A DNA stretch of 64,000 nucleotides from Anaerovoracaceae bacterium (GTDB lineage Bacteria; Bacillota; Clostridia; Peptostreptococcales; Anaerovoracaceae): the NCBI GenBank assembly GCA_035268985.1, contig DATFJV010000078.1, positions 315 to 64,314 on the forward strand, read 5' to 3'. The notes beneath the pieces were generated by a model. It was not told the DNA's origin. It worked only from the letters and a program-made list of their open reading frames with translations, and ran no database searches. The position numbers were made by a program, and so were the translations under genes. Positions 10,845 to 20,035 of this stretch are shown in pieces. The first letter of the stretch is position 1. Each line of letters opens with the position of its first letter.

Positions 10845-11689
10845 TAATTTACCTCCTTTGCCATAAATAATATTACATCTTCAAGACTAAAATGTTCACT
10901 TTTAAACCCTTTATTAACCATTTCTTTTCTTACCAATATTTCAGTACTATATTTATTTTCTTTTAACCCTACTATTGCTTCTTTCGGAATATCAGAAACA
11001 CTGTCTTTGGAGATATTTATTAAACTGAATTTATTTAAAATAACATCTTTTTCTTCCATAAATACTAATTTACCTCTATGAATAAATGCTATATAATCAC
11101 AAATTTTTTCAAGATCACTTACAATGTGAGAAGATAACAATACTGTTTTGTCTTCTTCTCTAGTAAATTCATTAAATGTTTGAAGCACTTCATCCCTAAC
11201 CATGGGGTCAAGACCACTAGTGGCCTCATCTAAGATAAGGAGCTTAGCTTCATGTGACATGGCCACTGATATTGCAAGTTTCATTTTCATTCCCCTAGAA
11301 TAATCTTTGAATTTCTTATTTAATGGCATATTTAGCTTTTTAATATATTCAAAATATGTTTTTTCATCCCAATTAATATAGGTATATTTCATAATGCTAT
11401 TTACATCTTTAGCGTTTAATATTTCGGGATAGTATGCTTCATCTAAGACCACTCCTATATCGTTTTTTAAAGAAGTGAACCTACAGTCTTTATTATCTAT
11501 TCCAAAAACCTTAACCACACCCGCATCTCTACTTACTGAATCCATTATTAGATTTATTGTAGTAGTCTTACCTGCTCCGTTTTCTCCAACAAGGCCTACT
11601 ATACTACCCATTGGAATATTCATAGTTATATCATCTAACTTGAAATCTTCATAGCATTTTGTTAAACCATTAATTTCTATGGCATTCAT
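10844..11689 (-). CDS. ABC transporter ATP-binding protein
   Basis: 281 aa; Walker A GENGAGKTT, signature-like YSRGMKMKL, Walker B LLILDEATSGLD. Confidence 0.92.
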   Translation of the reverse strand: MNAIEINGLTKCYEDFKLDDITMNIPMGSIVGLVGENGAGKTTTINLIMDSVSRDAGVVKVFGIDNKDCRFTSLKNDIGVVLDEAYYPEILNAKDVNSIMKYTYINWDEKTYFEYIKKLNMPLNKKFKDYSRGMKMKLAISVAMSHEAKLLILDEATSGLDPMVRDEVLQTFNEFTREEDKTVLLSSHIVSDLEKICDYIAFIHRGKLVFMEEKDVILNKFSLINISKDSVSDIPKEAIVGLKENKYSTEILVRKEMVNKGFKSEHFSLEDVILFMAKEVN

Positions 11690-12067
11690 TTATTCCACCT
11701 CTTTTTCCAAAGTCTCTATAAGACTTATTATTTCATCTTTATTCAATTTGCAATACTTGTTTAACTTAATAGCTTCTTTTAATGATTTTTCCAGTTCAGT
11801 TAAATAGTATTCATTAATCAAATTTTCATTTAAATTTGCAACATAACTACCCTTGCCAGGCACTGTTAATATATATCCATCATTTTCAAGTTCAGTATAA
11901 GCTCGTTTAGTAGTTATAACACTGACTTTAAGATCCTTAGCTAAATTTCTAATGGATGGTAATGATTCGTCAGCCCCTATCCTATTTTGCAATATTTCAT
12001 TTTTAATCTGTTCATATATCTGCTCATATATTGGAGCATCCTTATTGTTACTAATTACTATATTCAT
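11690..12067 (-). CDS. GntR family transcriptional regulator, YtrA subfamily
   Basis: Trimmed to ATG 12065-12067 (MNIVISNN...), preceded by AAAGGTGGG. Winged HTH LPSIRNLAKDLKVSVITTKRAYTELENDGYI with a short C-terminal domain. Heads an ABC operon as YtrA-type regulators do. Confidence 0.88.
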   Translation of the reverse strand: MNIVISNNKDAPIYEQIYEQIKNEILQNRIGADESLPSIRNLAKDLKVSVITTKRAYTELENDGYILTVPGKGSYVANLNENLINEYYLTELEKSLKEAIKLNKYCKLNKDEIISLIETLEKEVE

Positions 12068-12079
12068 AAGCCCACCTTT

Positions 12080-12116
12080 GTATATACTGTATATATTAGT
12101 TAAACACAGTATATAC
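12080..12116. promoter_or_regulatory. candidate YtrA-type operator (11-bp perfect inverted repeat)
   Basis: GTATATACTGT (12080-12090) and ACAGTATATAC (12106-12116) are exact reverse complements 15 bp apart; the right arm overlaps the predicted -10. Confidence 0.5.
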
Positions 12117-12136
12117 ATCTAAATATAATTTGTCAA
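12108..12136 (-). promoter_or_regulatory. sigma-A type promoter of the gntR-ABC operon
   Basis: Minus strand TTGACA (12136-12131), 17-bp spacer, TATACT (12113-12108). Confidence 0.55.
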
Positions 12137-12144
12137 GGTTTTTG

Positions 12145-12176
12145 CAAAAAAAATAGCACAGCATTAGCTGTGCTAT
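12145..12176 (-). terminator. rho-independent terminator after the NuoE/NuoF/fusion operon
   Basis: 10-bp perfect stem ATAGCACAGC/GCTGTGCTAT (12153-12162/12167-12176), loop ATTA, followed on the minus strand by TTTTTTTT. Confidence 0.8.
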
Positions 12177-12184
12177 CAAATATC

Positions 12185-15100
12185 TTATACCATTACAGGT
12201 TTTGGTAATCTTTCTTCCATGATCTTCATTAAGTTATCAGTTGTTTCAAGCTCATCACTTAATTTATCATCTACAACCTTTTCAAATAATTTTTCAACTG
12301 GGGACAATACGCCACCTAGCACTTCATCTACTTCAGCATATTTATATAGAGCAATTTCATCATCCATTTCAGCTGATATATCTTCAGTTGAATCAAATTC
12401 GAAATCTTCCTCTAATACTTCTGCCATTGAAGCTGCTATTTCCCAGTTTGAGTATTCTACTTCTTCTTCAACAGCTGCGGCCACTTCTAGAAGTCTTCTT
12501 TCAGTATTTGTGAATGTACCGTCTACGCTACATGCACCAGTACCAGGAATAACCACATCAGCTTGAACTGTTGTATCAGTTAAGTAAATATCAGATACTG
12601 CCAAGAATTCTAATCCGCTTAAATCCATATTAGGATCTTCGCCAAATATTAATAATCCTTTAACACCTTCTAAAGCTTCTCTTCCATTTCTAATACCCAT
12701 GTCAACTAATCCCTGAGTATTGTTTTTAGGTCTTAGCATTAATATACCATCCCTTGGTTCTCCAATATGTCCGGATAATAGCGCTATTTCACCAATCAAT
12801 TTAGCGGCATTTACTGACAATATATTTTGTTGATATACAAACATTGCTTTCTTAGCATTTGCATAAGCTTCTGCTATAGCTTTCATTTCATCTGATACCT
12901 TGACTTTCGCTAACGACTTTTTAAATCCATCAAAGCCTTCACCGTCACTTGCCTTACCCATATCAAGAAGTGCTTTTGCAATTTCTTTTAATGAATCAAG
13001 GCTATTATCAACTTTAATATTTTCACAAAAGTCCATTCTATAAGGCATTTCATCATCATATAGGATATATGCTTTTGCACCGTTTTCAACTGCCTGCTTA
13101 ATCTTTAATCTAATTACAGGGTTTTTACTAGCCAAAAATCCAGGGGCAACTATTACGTTGGTTGATAATAATTCGTTTATAGTATTTGGAGATGCATCAT
13201 GACCAAATATATTGGCTAATGGATTTTCTCTTAAATTGAATGAAAATGTTTTAGCTCCCATTACATCGGCAAGTTTCTTCATAGCATATGCTTCTTCGTT
13301 TGTGTATCTATCGGATATTGCTACTGCTATTGAGTCTTTACCATTTCTAGCTTTTATACTTTCCATTTTCTTAGTTGCTATCATAAATGCGTCATAATAG
13401 TCAGTTTCACAGAAGTTATCACCCTCTTTAACCATAGGATCTACTAGTTTGCCTTCAAGTACAGCCGCATCAAATCCCCATTTACCTTTACCGCAAGAAA
13501 CACCAGCATTTACAACACCTTCTTTGTCAGGGTTAGCTTTGATTAACATATCGCCATAAGCCTCTACTTTTAGTGAACATCCCACTGAACAGAATGAACA
13601 TGTTGTATCATATACTTCAGTTGCTAGAGGAACTTCCTTAGCTACACTTTGTCTTTCTTGCAATGCTCCAACTGGACATACGCTTACACATTGACCACAT
13701 GATATACAGCCAGATTCAGCTAGTTTATTACCAAGAGTTGGTAATACTACAGTATCAAAACCTCTATCAACGAGACCTAATGCTCCAATTCCCATTACTT
13801 CATCACATGCTCTTACGCATAATCCACATAATATGCATTTATTAGGATCTCTTACTATAAATGGGTGATCGTCTTCAAATTCTGTTATTTTTTTCTCACC
13901 GCAAAATCTTGAAGGTTCAACATCATATTCATTTGCATAATCAACTAATTTGCATTCATGATAATCATGACATCCACATTCCAAACATCTTGAAGCTTCT
14001 TGCATAGCTTCTTCCTCAGTCAATGAACTATATACTACTTCTGAGAAGTTATCTTTTCTTTGTTCCGGAGTAAGTTGGAATCCATTCTTTACTCTGCACA
14101 TTCTTTCTCTATCTTCAAAAGTTTTTTCATTAACATCATCTCTTTCCACATAATACGGTTTTTCATAAGCAATAATCTCACCGTCTAAGTATGCATCAAT
14201 TATTTCAGAAACTTTCTTAGCATCAGCAATTGCTTCAATTGCTATTGATATTTTATCATTACCGCAATCTCCACCAGCAAATACACCTGGCATTGAAGTC
14301 ATAAATGTTTTTTCATCATACGCAATGGCATTTTTTCTGGTTTTGTCAACTTCAAATACGTTAGAATCTACTGCTTGTCCTATTGCTAAGATAACTGTAT
14401 CAACATCTAAAAGTTCTGTTTTGCCTTCAACTGGAACAGGTCTTCTTCTTCCGGATTCATCAGGTTCACCTAATTCCATTATCTGTAAATTGACTTTATT
14501 TACATGACCATCTTCATCTGTTAAATACTCAATTGGGTTTGTTAGGTTTTTAAAGATAACACCTTCTTCTAATGCTTCTTCAATTTCTATTTCATCTGCA
14601 GGCATTTCATCTTTAGTTCTTCTATATATGTTATATACTTCTTTAGCTCCGAGTCTTACAGCAGTTCTGCAAGCGTCCATAGCAGTATTACCACCACCTA
14701 CTATAGCAACCTTTTCACCTAGTTTTACATCTTCATTCCTAACTACTTGTCTAAGGAAATCTATTCCTCCTATTACACCTTTAGCATCTTCACCTTCGCA
14801 TCCTACGCCTGTTGATACCCAAGCACCGATACCTAGAAGTACAGCATCAAAGTCTTTTCTTATAGTCTCAAATGTAATGTCTGTACCTATCTTAGTATTA
14901 GGAATAAGTTCTACTCCCATTTTTTCGATTAGCTTCACTTCCTCATCTAAAACTGCTTTAGGTAATCTGTATTCTGGAATACCATATCTAAGCATACCGC
15001 CAAATTTAGGCATTGCTTCAAATACTGTTACGCTGTGTCCTTTTTGTCTTAAGAAAGATGCTGCTGATAACCCCATAGGGCCTCCACCAATTATTGCTAC

Positions 15101-15685
15101 AGCTCTACCGGTTTCTTCAGCTATTTCTGGTTGATATCTAACATCATTGCTTAAGTCGTAATCTGCAGCAAACCTCTTTAAATCCATGATACCAATCGGT
15201 TCATCAACTAAAGCTCTTCTGCAGTTATCTTCACATGGATGCGGACAAACTCTACCAATTGCTGCAGGTAGAGGAATTTTTGTTTTAATTAACTCTAATG
15301 CTTCTGCAAATTGTCCATTGGCTATTAATCCTGTATAACCTTGACAATCTGTATTAGCCGGACAATTTAGTGTACAAGGTGCCTGGCAGTCACCTACATG
15401 GTTTGAAAGTAGCAATTCAAGATTTGTTTTTCTTGATTCACATACTTTTTCAGTATCAGTATATATAACCATATCAGGTGCAATTTCAGTTGCACATGAT
15501 TTAAATAGCTTTGGACTACCTTCTATCTCTACCACACATAGTCCGCATGAACCATATATTTCAGTTCTTTCATCGTAACAAAGAGTTGGAATAAAAATGT
15601 CATTCTCCCTTGCCACTTCTAAAACGGTCTGTCCGGGAAGCCCAAATACTTCTTTGCCATCGATATTTAATCTTAATTTTTTCAT
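12185..15685 (-). CDS. multidomain Fe-S flavoprotein: 2Fe-2S + inserted GltD/NfnB-like NAD(P)H-FAD module + NuoG-like Fe-S clusters + truncated molybdopterin-oxidoreductase-like domain (StnC-like)
   Basis: 1166 aa; motifs CGLC..C, NHVGDC, CPHPCEDNC, GGGPMGLSAA, VGGGNTAMD, GVFAGGD, CILCGLCVRAC, CISCGQCVSVCP, CSFCSVGCS. No H-cluster motifs seen. Domain reading is firm; the Stn assignment is inference. Confidence 0.7.
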   Translation of the reverse strand: MKKLRLNIDGKEVFGLPGQTVLEVARENDIFIPTLCYDERTEIYGSCGLCVVEIEGSPKLFKSCATEIAPDMVIYTDTEKVCESRKTNLELLLSNHVGDCQAPCTLNCPANTDCQGYTGLIANGQFAEALELIKTKIPLPAAIGRVCPHPCEDNCRRALVDEPIGIMDLKRFAADYDLSNDVRYQPEIAEETGRAVAIIGGGPMGLSAASFLRQKGHSVTVFEAMPKFGGMLRYGIPEYRLPKAVLDEEVKLIEKMGVELIPNTKIGTDITFETIRKDFDAVLLGIGAWVSTGVGCEGEDAKGVIGGIDFLRQVVRNEDVKLGEKVAIVGGGNTAMDACRTAVRLGAKEVYNIYRRTKDEMPADEIEIEEALEEGVIFKNLTNPIEYLTDEDGHVNKVNLQIMELGEPDESGRRRPVPVEGKTELLDVDTVILAIGQAVDSNVFEVDKTRKNAIAYDEKTFMTSMPGVFAGGDCGNDKISIAIEAIADAKKVSEIIDAYLDGEIIAYEKPYYVERDDVNEKTFEDRERMCRVKNGFQLTPEQRKDNFSEVVYSSLTEEEAMQEASRCLECGCHDYHECKLVDYANEYDVEPSRFCGEKKITEFEDDHPFIVRDPNKCILCGLCVRACDEVMGIGALGLVDRGFDTVVLPTLGNKLAESGCISCGQCVSVCPVGALQERQSVAKEVPLATEVYDTTCSFCSVGCSLKVEAYGDMLIKANPDKEGVVNAGVSCGKGKWGFDAAVLEGKLVDPMVKEGDNFCETDYYDAFMIATKKMESIKARNGKDSIAVAISDRYTNEEAYAMKKLADVMGAKTFSFNLRENPLANIFGHDASPNTINELLSTNVIVAPGFLASKNPVIRLKIKQAVENGAKAYILYDDEMPYRMDFCENIKVDNSLDSLKEIAKALLDMGKASDGEGFDGFKKSLAKVKVSDEMKAIAEAYANAKKAMFVYQQNILSVNAAKLIGEIALLSGHIGEPRDGILMLRPKNNTQGLVDMGIRNGREALEGVKGLLIFGEDPNMDLSGLEFLAVSDIYLTDTTVQADVVIPGTGACSVDGTFTNTERRLLEVAAAVEEEVEYSNWEIAASMAEVLEEDFEFDSTEDISAEMDDEIALYKYAEVDEVLGGVLSPVEKLFEKVVDDKLSDELETTDNLMKIMEERLPKPVMV

Positions 15686-15701
15686 TTGTTCTCCTCCCCT
15701 C

Positions 15702-17450
15702 CTATTCTCTCACTATAGCGTTAAATCGACATGCTTCTTCACATCGTCCGCATCTAGTACATAAATCTTGGTCAATAACGTGTTTTTCCTTTAAGTTACC
15801 TGTAATTGCGTCAACTGGACAGTTTTTAGCACAAACTGTACAACCAATACAATCATCTGTAATTTTATAGGAAATCAACGCTTTACAAGATTTAGCAGTA
15901 CACTTCTTGTTATAAATATGATCTTCATATTCATTTCTGAAGTATTTAATAGTAGTAAGAACAGGATTTGGAGCTGTTTGGCCTAAGCCACACATTGAAC
16001 CAGCTTTAATTTTTTCCGCTAGTTCACCAAGTAACTCAATGTCACCGTCTTTACCTTCACCTTTAGTGATCCTTTCAAGAATTTCAAGCATTCTCTTAGT
16101 ACCAATTCTACAATAGTTACACTTACCACAAGATTCTTTTCTGGTAAAGTCCAAGAAGAATCTAGCCATATCTACCATACAAGTATCTTCATCCATTACA
16201 ATCATACCACCAGAACCTACAATAGCTCCTGTTTTAGTGATATCTTCATAAGTTACTTTAGTATCTATTAAGCTAGCTGGTATACATCCACCAGACGGTC
16301 CTCCCATTTGAACAGCTTTAAATTCTTTGTCATTTTTAATGCCTCCACCGATATCAAATATAACATCTTTTAAAGTTAATCCCATAGGGACCTCAACAAG
16401 ACCACCTTTTTTTATTTTACCTGCCAATGCAAATACTTTTGTACCATTTGATTTTTCTGAACCATACTCAGCGTATTTTTCACCACCATTTTCAAATATC
16501 CAAGGTACATTTGCATAAGTTTCTACATTATTTATATTAGTAGGTTTTTGCCAATAACCTTTTTGCGCAGGGAATGGAGGTTTTAATCTAGGCATACCTC
16601 TTTCACCTTCAAGGGATGCAATCAATGCAGTTTCTTCACCGCATACAAAAGCGCCTGCTCCAGCTTTGATTCTAATATCAAAATCATAACCAGATCCAAA
16701 TATATTCTTTCCTAAATAACTTTTATCTCTAGCTTGCTGCATTGCAGTTTCTAGTCTTTTAATTGCAAGGGGATATTCAGCACGGCAGTATATTATTCCT
16801 TCTATAGCGCCCATGGCGTAACCACCTATAATCATACCTTCAATCATAGAATGTGGATCACCTTCCAATACGGATCTATCCATGAAGGCTCCGGGGTCAC
16901 CTTCATCAGCATTACAAACTATATATTTCTCACTATCTTTGCTGTTCTTTGCCGCATTCCATTTAAACCATGTTGGGAATCCTGCTCCCCCACGGCCTCT
17001 AAGACCTGAAACCTTAATTTGGTTTATTACATCATCTTGCGTCATAGAACTAACTACTTTCTCAGTAGATTTATATCCACCGCATGCGATGTATTCATCT
17101 ATGTTTTCTGGATTTAATATTCCACAATTTCTTAAAACTATTCTAGTTTGTTTCGTAATTACGCTATTATCTTCATCATTAATTAAATATTTTTCTACGG
17201 GTTTATTACCTAATACATGCTCGCTTATAATCTCTTCAACCATTTCAGGCTGAACTTTTACATATCTATATAGCTTTTCATTATCATCATAGATATCAAC
17301 TATTGGTTCTAAAAAACAAATACCGACACAGCCAGTAATTGTAGTTCTTAAATCCATGTTGCTTTTTTCCAAAATTCTATCGAATTCTGCTTGTGTTTTT
17401 TTAGCTCCAGAAGCAACACCGCAGCTTCCTTGGCCGACAACTATCCTCAT
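15702..17450 (-). CDS. NuoF/HydB-like NADH-binding FMN Fe-S subunit
   Basis: 582 aa; GGAGFPTWFKW FMN/NADH region, SCGKCNYCR cluster, two C-terminal ferredoxin motifs (CIGCTVCAKNCP, CTRCGRCEEAC). Confidence 0.88.
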   Translation of the reverse strand: MRIVVGQGSCGVASGAKKTQAEFDRILEKSNMDLRTTITGCVGICFLEPIVDIYDDNEKLYRYVKVQPEMVEEIISEHVLGNKPVEKYLINDEDNSVITKQTRIVLRNCGILNPENIDEYIACGGYKSTEKVVSSMTQDDVINQIKVSGLRGRGGAGFPTWFKWNAAKNSKDSEKYIVCNADEGDPGAFMDRSVLEGDPHSMIEGMIIGGYAMGAIEGIIYCRAEYPLAIKRLETAMQQARDKSYLGKNIFGSGYDFDIRIKAGAGAFVCGEETALIASLEGERGMPRLKPPFPAQKGYWQKPTNINNVETYANVPWIFENGGEKYAEYGSEKSNGTKVFALAGKIKKGGLVEVPMGLTLKDVIFDIGGGIKNDKEFKAVQMGGPSGGCIPASLIDTKVTYEDITKTGAIVGSGGMIVMDEDTCMVDMARFFLDFTRKESCGKCNYCRIGTKRMLEILERITKGEGKDGDIELLGELAEKIKAGSMCGLGQTAPNPVLTTIKYFRNEYEDHIYNKKCTAKSCKALISYKITDDCIGCTVCAKNCPVDAITGNLKEKHVIDQDLCTRCGRCEEACRFNAIVRE

Positions 17451-17460
17451 ATTTTACCTC

Positions 17461-17955
17461 CTATGCTCTGCCTTTAATTTCTTCTAGAACTTTAACAACA
17501 GAAGCTTTAGTTAAATTGCCATAAGTTTCATCACCTTCAGCAGTTTTAACCATCATAACAGGTGCTAAAGAACAGCATCCTAAACATGCTACGTTATTGA
17601 TAGTAAAAATACCGTCTTCTGTAGTCTCTCCATCTTGTATACCTAAGTAGTCACATATTGATTCTTCAATCGACTCTGAGCCGTTAACATGACATGCAGT
17701 ACCTTGGCAAAGCATAATTAAATTCTCACCAATAGGTTCTAATCTAAACTGCGTATAAAAAGTAGCTACTCCATATATTTTCGCAGGTCTAACACCTGTT
17801 GCCTCAGAAATGTAGTTTATAGCATCTAATGATAAATAACCATAAATTTCCTGAGCCTGTTGTAAGATAGTAATTAAACTACCAGGCACCTTAGCATACT
17901 TATCCAATACAGGCTTTAATTCCTCGAATTGGCATTGTAAACATCTCTCCTCCAT
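17461..17955 (-). CDS. NuoE/HydC-like [2Fe-2S] subunit
   Basis: 164 aa; CQGTACHV ... CLGCCSLAP thioredoxin-like 2Fe-2S pattern. Confidence 0.88.
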   Translation of the reverse strand: MEERCLQCQFEELKPVLDKYAKVPGSLITILQQAQEIYGYLSLDAINYISEATGVRPAKIYGVATFYTQFRLEPIGENLIMLCQGTACHVNGSESIEESICDYLGIQDGETTEDGIFTINNVACLGCCSLAPVMMVKTAEGDETYGNLTKASVVKVLEEIKGRA

Positions 17956-17993
17956 ATAATCCTCCTATTTAATATCATAAAAATACATTTTTA

Positions 17994-18022
17994 ATTATAG
18001 CAAATATATATTTAAATATCAA
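17994..18022 (-). promoter_or_regulatory. sigma-A type promoter of the NuoE/NuoF/fusion operon
   Basis: Minus strand TTGATA (18022-18017), 17-bp spacer, TGcTATAAT with TATAAT at 17999-17994. Confidence 0.55.
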
Positions 18023-18069
18023 CGAATATATTTGAAATACATCGTTTATTATTTAACTTAAAAAGACAG

Positions 18070-18966
18070 CTATACTGCCTTTTTGAACAATTTTTCAATA
18101 TTAGTTTCCATAATTAGTATACTAATAAACATAAGCCCACCGCCTAAATAACCCCGGGTAGAAAGAACCTCTCCAGCTAGCAAAAATGCTGCTATAGCAG
18201 CAAAGACAGGTTCAAAAGAAAACATTATCCCTGCATGGGAAGCCGTCGTATATTGTTGTGCTATGGACTGAGCTATAAAAGCTATTCCTGTGCATACAAG
18301 TGATAGAAAAATCACAGATATCCAGACTGATTTTGCCACAGGCAAAGCCGGTGACTCAAATCCAAATGCTAAAATAGTGAAAAATAAACCTGTGAAGCCC
18401 ATTTGAAATATACCTAAATGTAAAGCTTTCACATTTTCTTTTCTTACCGCCCTATCCACCAATATTAACTGTACCGAACAAGCAAAGGCACATAGTATAC
18501 ATAAAAAATCACCGAGAAAAGTCTCTTTATTAATGGAGAAATTCTCTTTTAATGTCATCAACACGATACCTGTAAAACATATTATTAAAACTATAAAAAG
18601 TTTTTTGCTAGGTTTAGTTTTAGTTAATATATATTCTAAAGTTGGTGTTATAATAACATTTAAAGCTATTAAAAATCCTATATTTGTTAAATTAGTATAT
18701 TTTACCGCTTCAGTTGCAAGGGTGTACATAACTGTAACTATTATTCCTATTAGTGCACCATATTTAATGGTGTCTATGCTTATATTATTTATTTTTTTAC
18801 GCAATAATATAATCGAAACTAAAAAAGCTACACCAAATCTATATGCGTTAAGTGTAAATGTTCCCATTTCATTCAAGCTTAAATCCATCATATAATATGA
18901 TACACCCCAACTAAATGTTACTGCTAATATCATGCAATCAGCTAAAAATTGTTTTTTATTTTCCAT
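18070..18966 (-). CDS. EamA/DMT family transporter
   Basis: 298 aa, about ten hydrophobic helices in two EamA-like halves. Confidence 0.85.
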   Translation of the reverse strand: MENKKQFLADCMILAVTFSWGVSYYMMDLSLNEMGTFTLNAYRFGVAFLVSIILLRKKINNISIDTIKYGALIGIIVTVMYTLATEAVKYTNLTNIGFLIALNVIITPTLEYILTKTKPSKKLFIVLIICFTGIVLMTLKENFSINKETFLGDFLCILCAFACSVQLILVDRAVRKENVKALHLGIFQMGFTGLFFTILAFGFESPALPVAKSVWISVIFLSLVCTGIAFIAQSIAQQYTTASHAGIMFSFEPVFAAIAAFLLAGEVLSTRGYLGGGLMFISILIMETNIEKLFKKAV

Positions 18967-18973
18967 TTATCCC

Positions 18974-20032
18974 TCACTTTAATTCGGATATAAAAACTGG
19001 CAGAGCCAAATCTTCACTAATTTGACCGGTTTTAATCATTTTATCTATATTATATACTCTTACCAATGCTTGCTTTAATTCGTTAAGATTAAAATTCTTA
19101 GATGCTTTATAAGCCTTATCGAACCTATATCTGTTTATTTTTAGTTCTTTTTCTATTTGATACGGTGTCATATCAATTTCTTCCATTGATTTGATGTCAT
19201 ATATTATTTCAAATTGAGCAATCACTAGACCAATTATTTGAAAAGCACTTTCATTATTGTTCAATTTATTTATTGTTATATTCATGGCTTTTTTTATATC
19301 TCTATTACACATCGAATCTATTAAATTAAAAATATATGTATCTTCTGTTCCTAAAACAGCTAAGTTTATATCCCTTTCAGAAAGTGTATTACCTTCCGTT
19401 AAAACTGTTATCTTTTCAATATCACTATTTAAATCGATAAGTTTATAGCTACTATCTTTATTCATGTAACCTGAAACATTTATTACATAATCTATTAATT
19501 TATTTTCATAGACCAACTTATTATTATCAAATCTCTTTTTTATAAAACCTCTTAATTCTTTTATGTCTAGCTTAACAAATTCAAAACATTGCGAAATCTT
19601 TTTTACTTTTTTGCCTAAACTATTTAATTCTTGCTGTTTTTCGCCATCCAAGTAAAAAACTATAATTGAATTTGAATCATATCCTTTCAAATAATTAATA
19701 AGTTTTTCTTCTTCTTTGTCACCAAAACCTTTTACATTTTTTTGATATAAAGGAGAATAATTCCTTATAAGAACTACCCTTTTATCAGAAAACATGGAAT
19801 AAGTATCAGAATTCATAATAATATCTTCTACACTAGTCACATCTCCATCTAGTTTGGTTAAATCCAATGCTTTATATTCATCATTTATATATCTGTTAAC
19901 AATATTATTAATAGCCCAATTTATTAAGAAACTTTCACTGCCCATTAATAAAACAACTTTATTCAGTTGCTTTTTTGTCACAATTCTATTAAAATCTCTA
20001 AATCCTAATTCGGTCTTACTTAACATACTCAT
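18974..20032 (-). CDS. holA: DNA polymerase III subunit delta
   Basis: 352 aa; delta N-terminal pattern (VVLLMGSESFL...); directly follows comEC, the conserved Bacillota arrangement. Confidence 0.85.
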   Translation of the reverse strand: MSMLSKTELGFRDFNRIVTKKQLNKVVLLMGSESFLINWAINNIVNRYINDEYKALDLTKLDGDVTSVEDIIMNSDTYSMFSDKRVVLIRNYSPLYQKNVKGFGDKEEEKLINYLKGYDSNSIIVFYLDGEKQQELNSLGKKVKKISQCFEFVKLDIKELRGFIKKRFDNNKLVYENKLIDYVINVSGYMNKDSSYKLIDLNSDIEKITVLTEGNTLSERDINLAVLGTEDTYIFNLIDSMCNRDIKKAMNITINKLNNNESAFQIIGLVIAQFEIIYDIKSMEEIDMTPYQIEKELKINRYRFDKAYKASKNFNLNELKQALVRVYNIDKMIKTGQISEDLALPVFISELK

Positions 20033-20035
20033 CCT

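Noticed and set aside
12185-15685. Calling the 1166-aa protein a formate dehydrogenase alpha subunit, NuoG, glutamate synthase or [FeFe] hydrogenase
   Set aside because: Each label fits only one of its domains. No H-cluster motifs were seen, the molybdopterin-type part is too short to be a full catalytic domain, and the GltD module is inserted within NuoG-like Fe-S motifs. A composite Stn-type description fits better, though it remains an inference.
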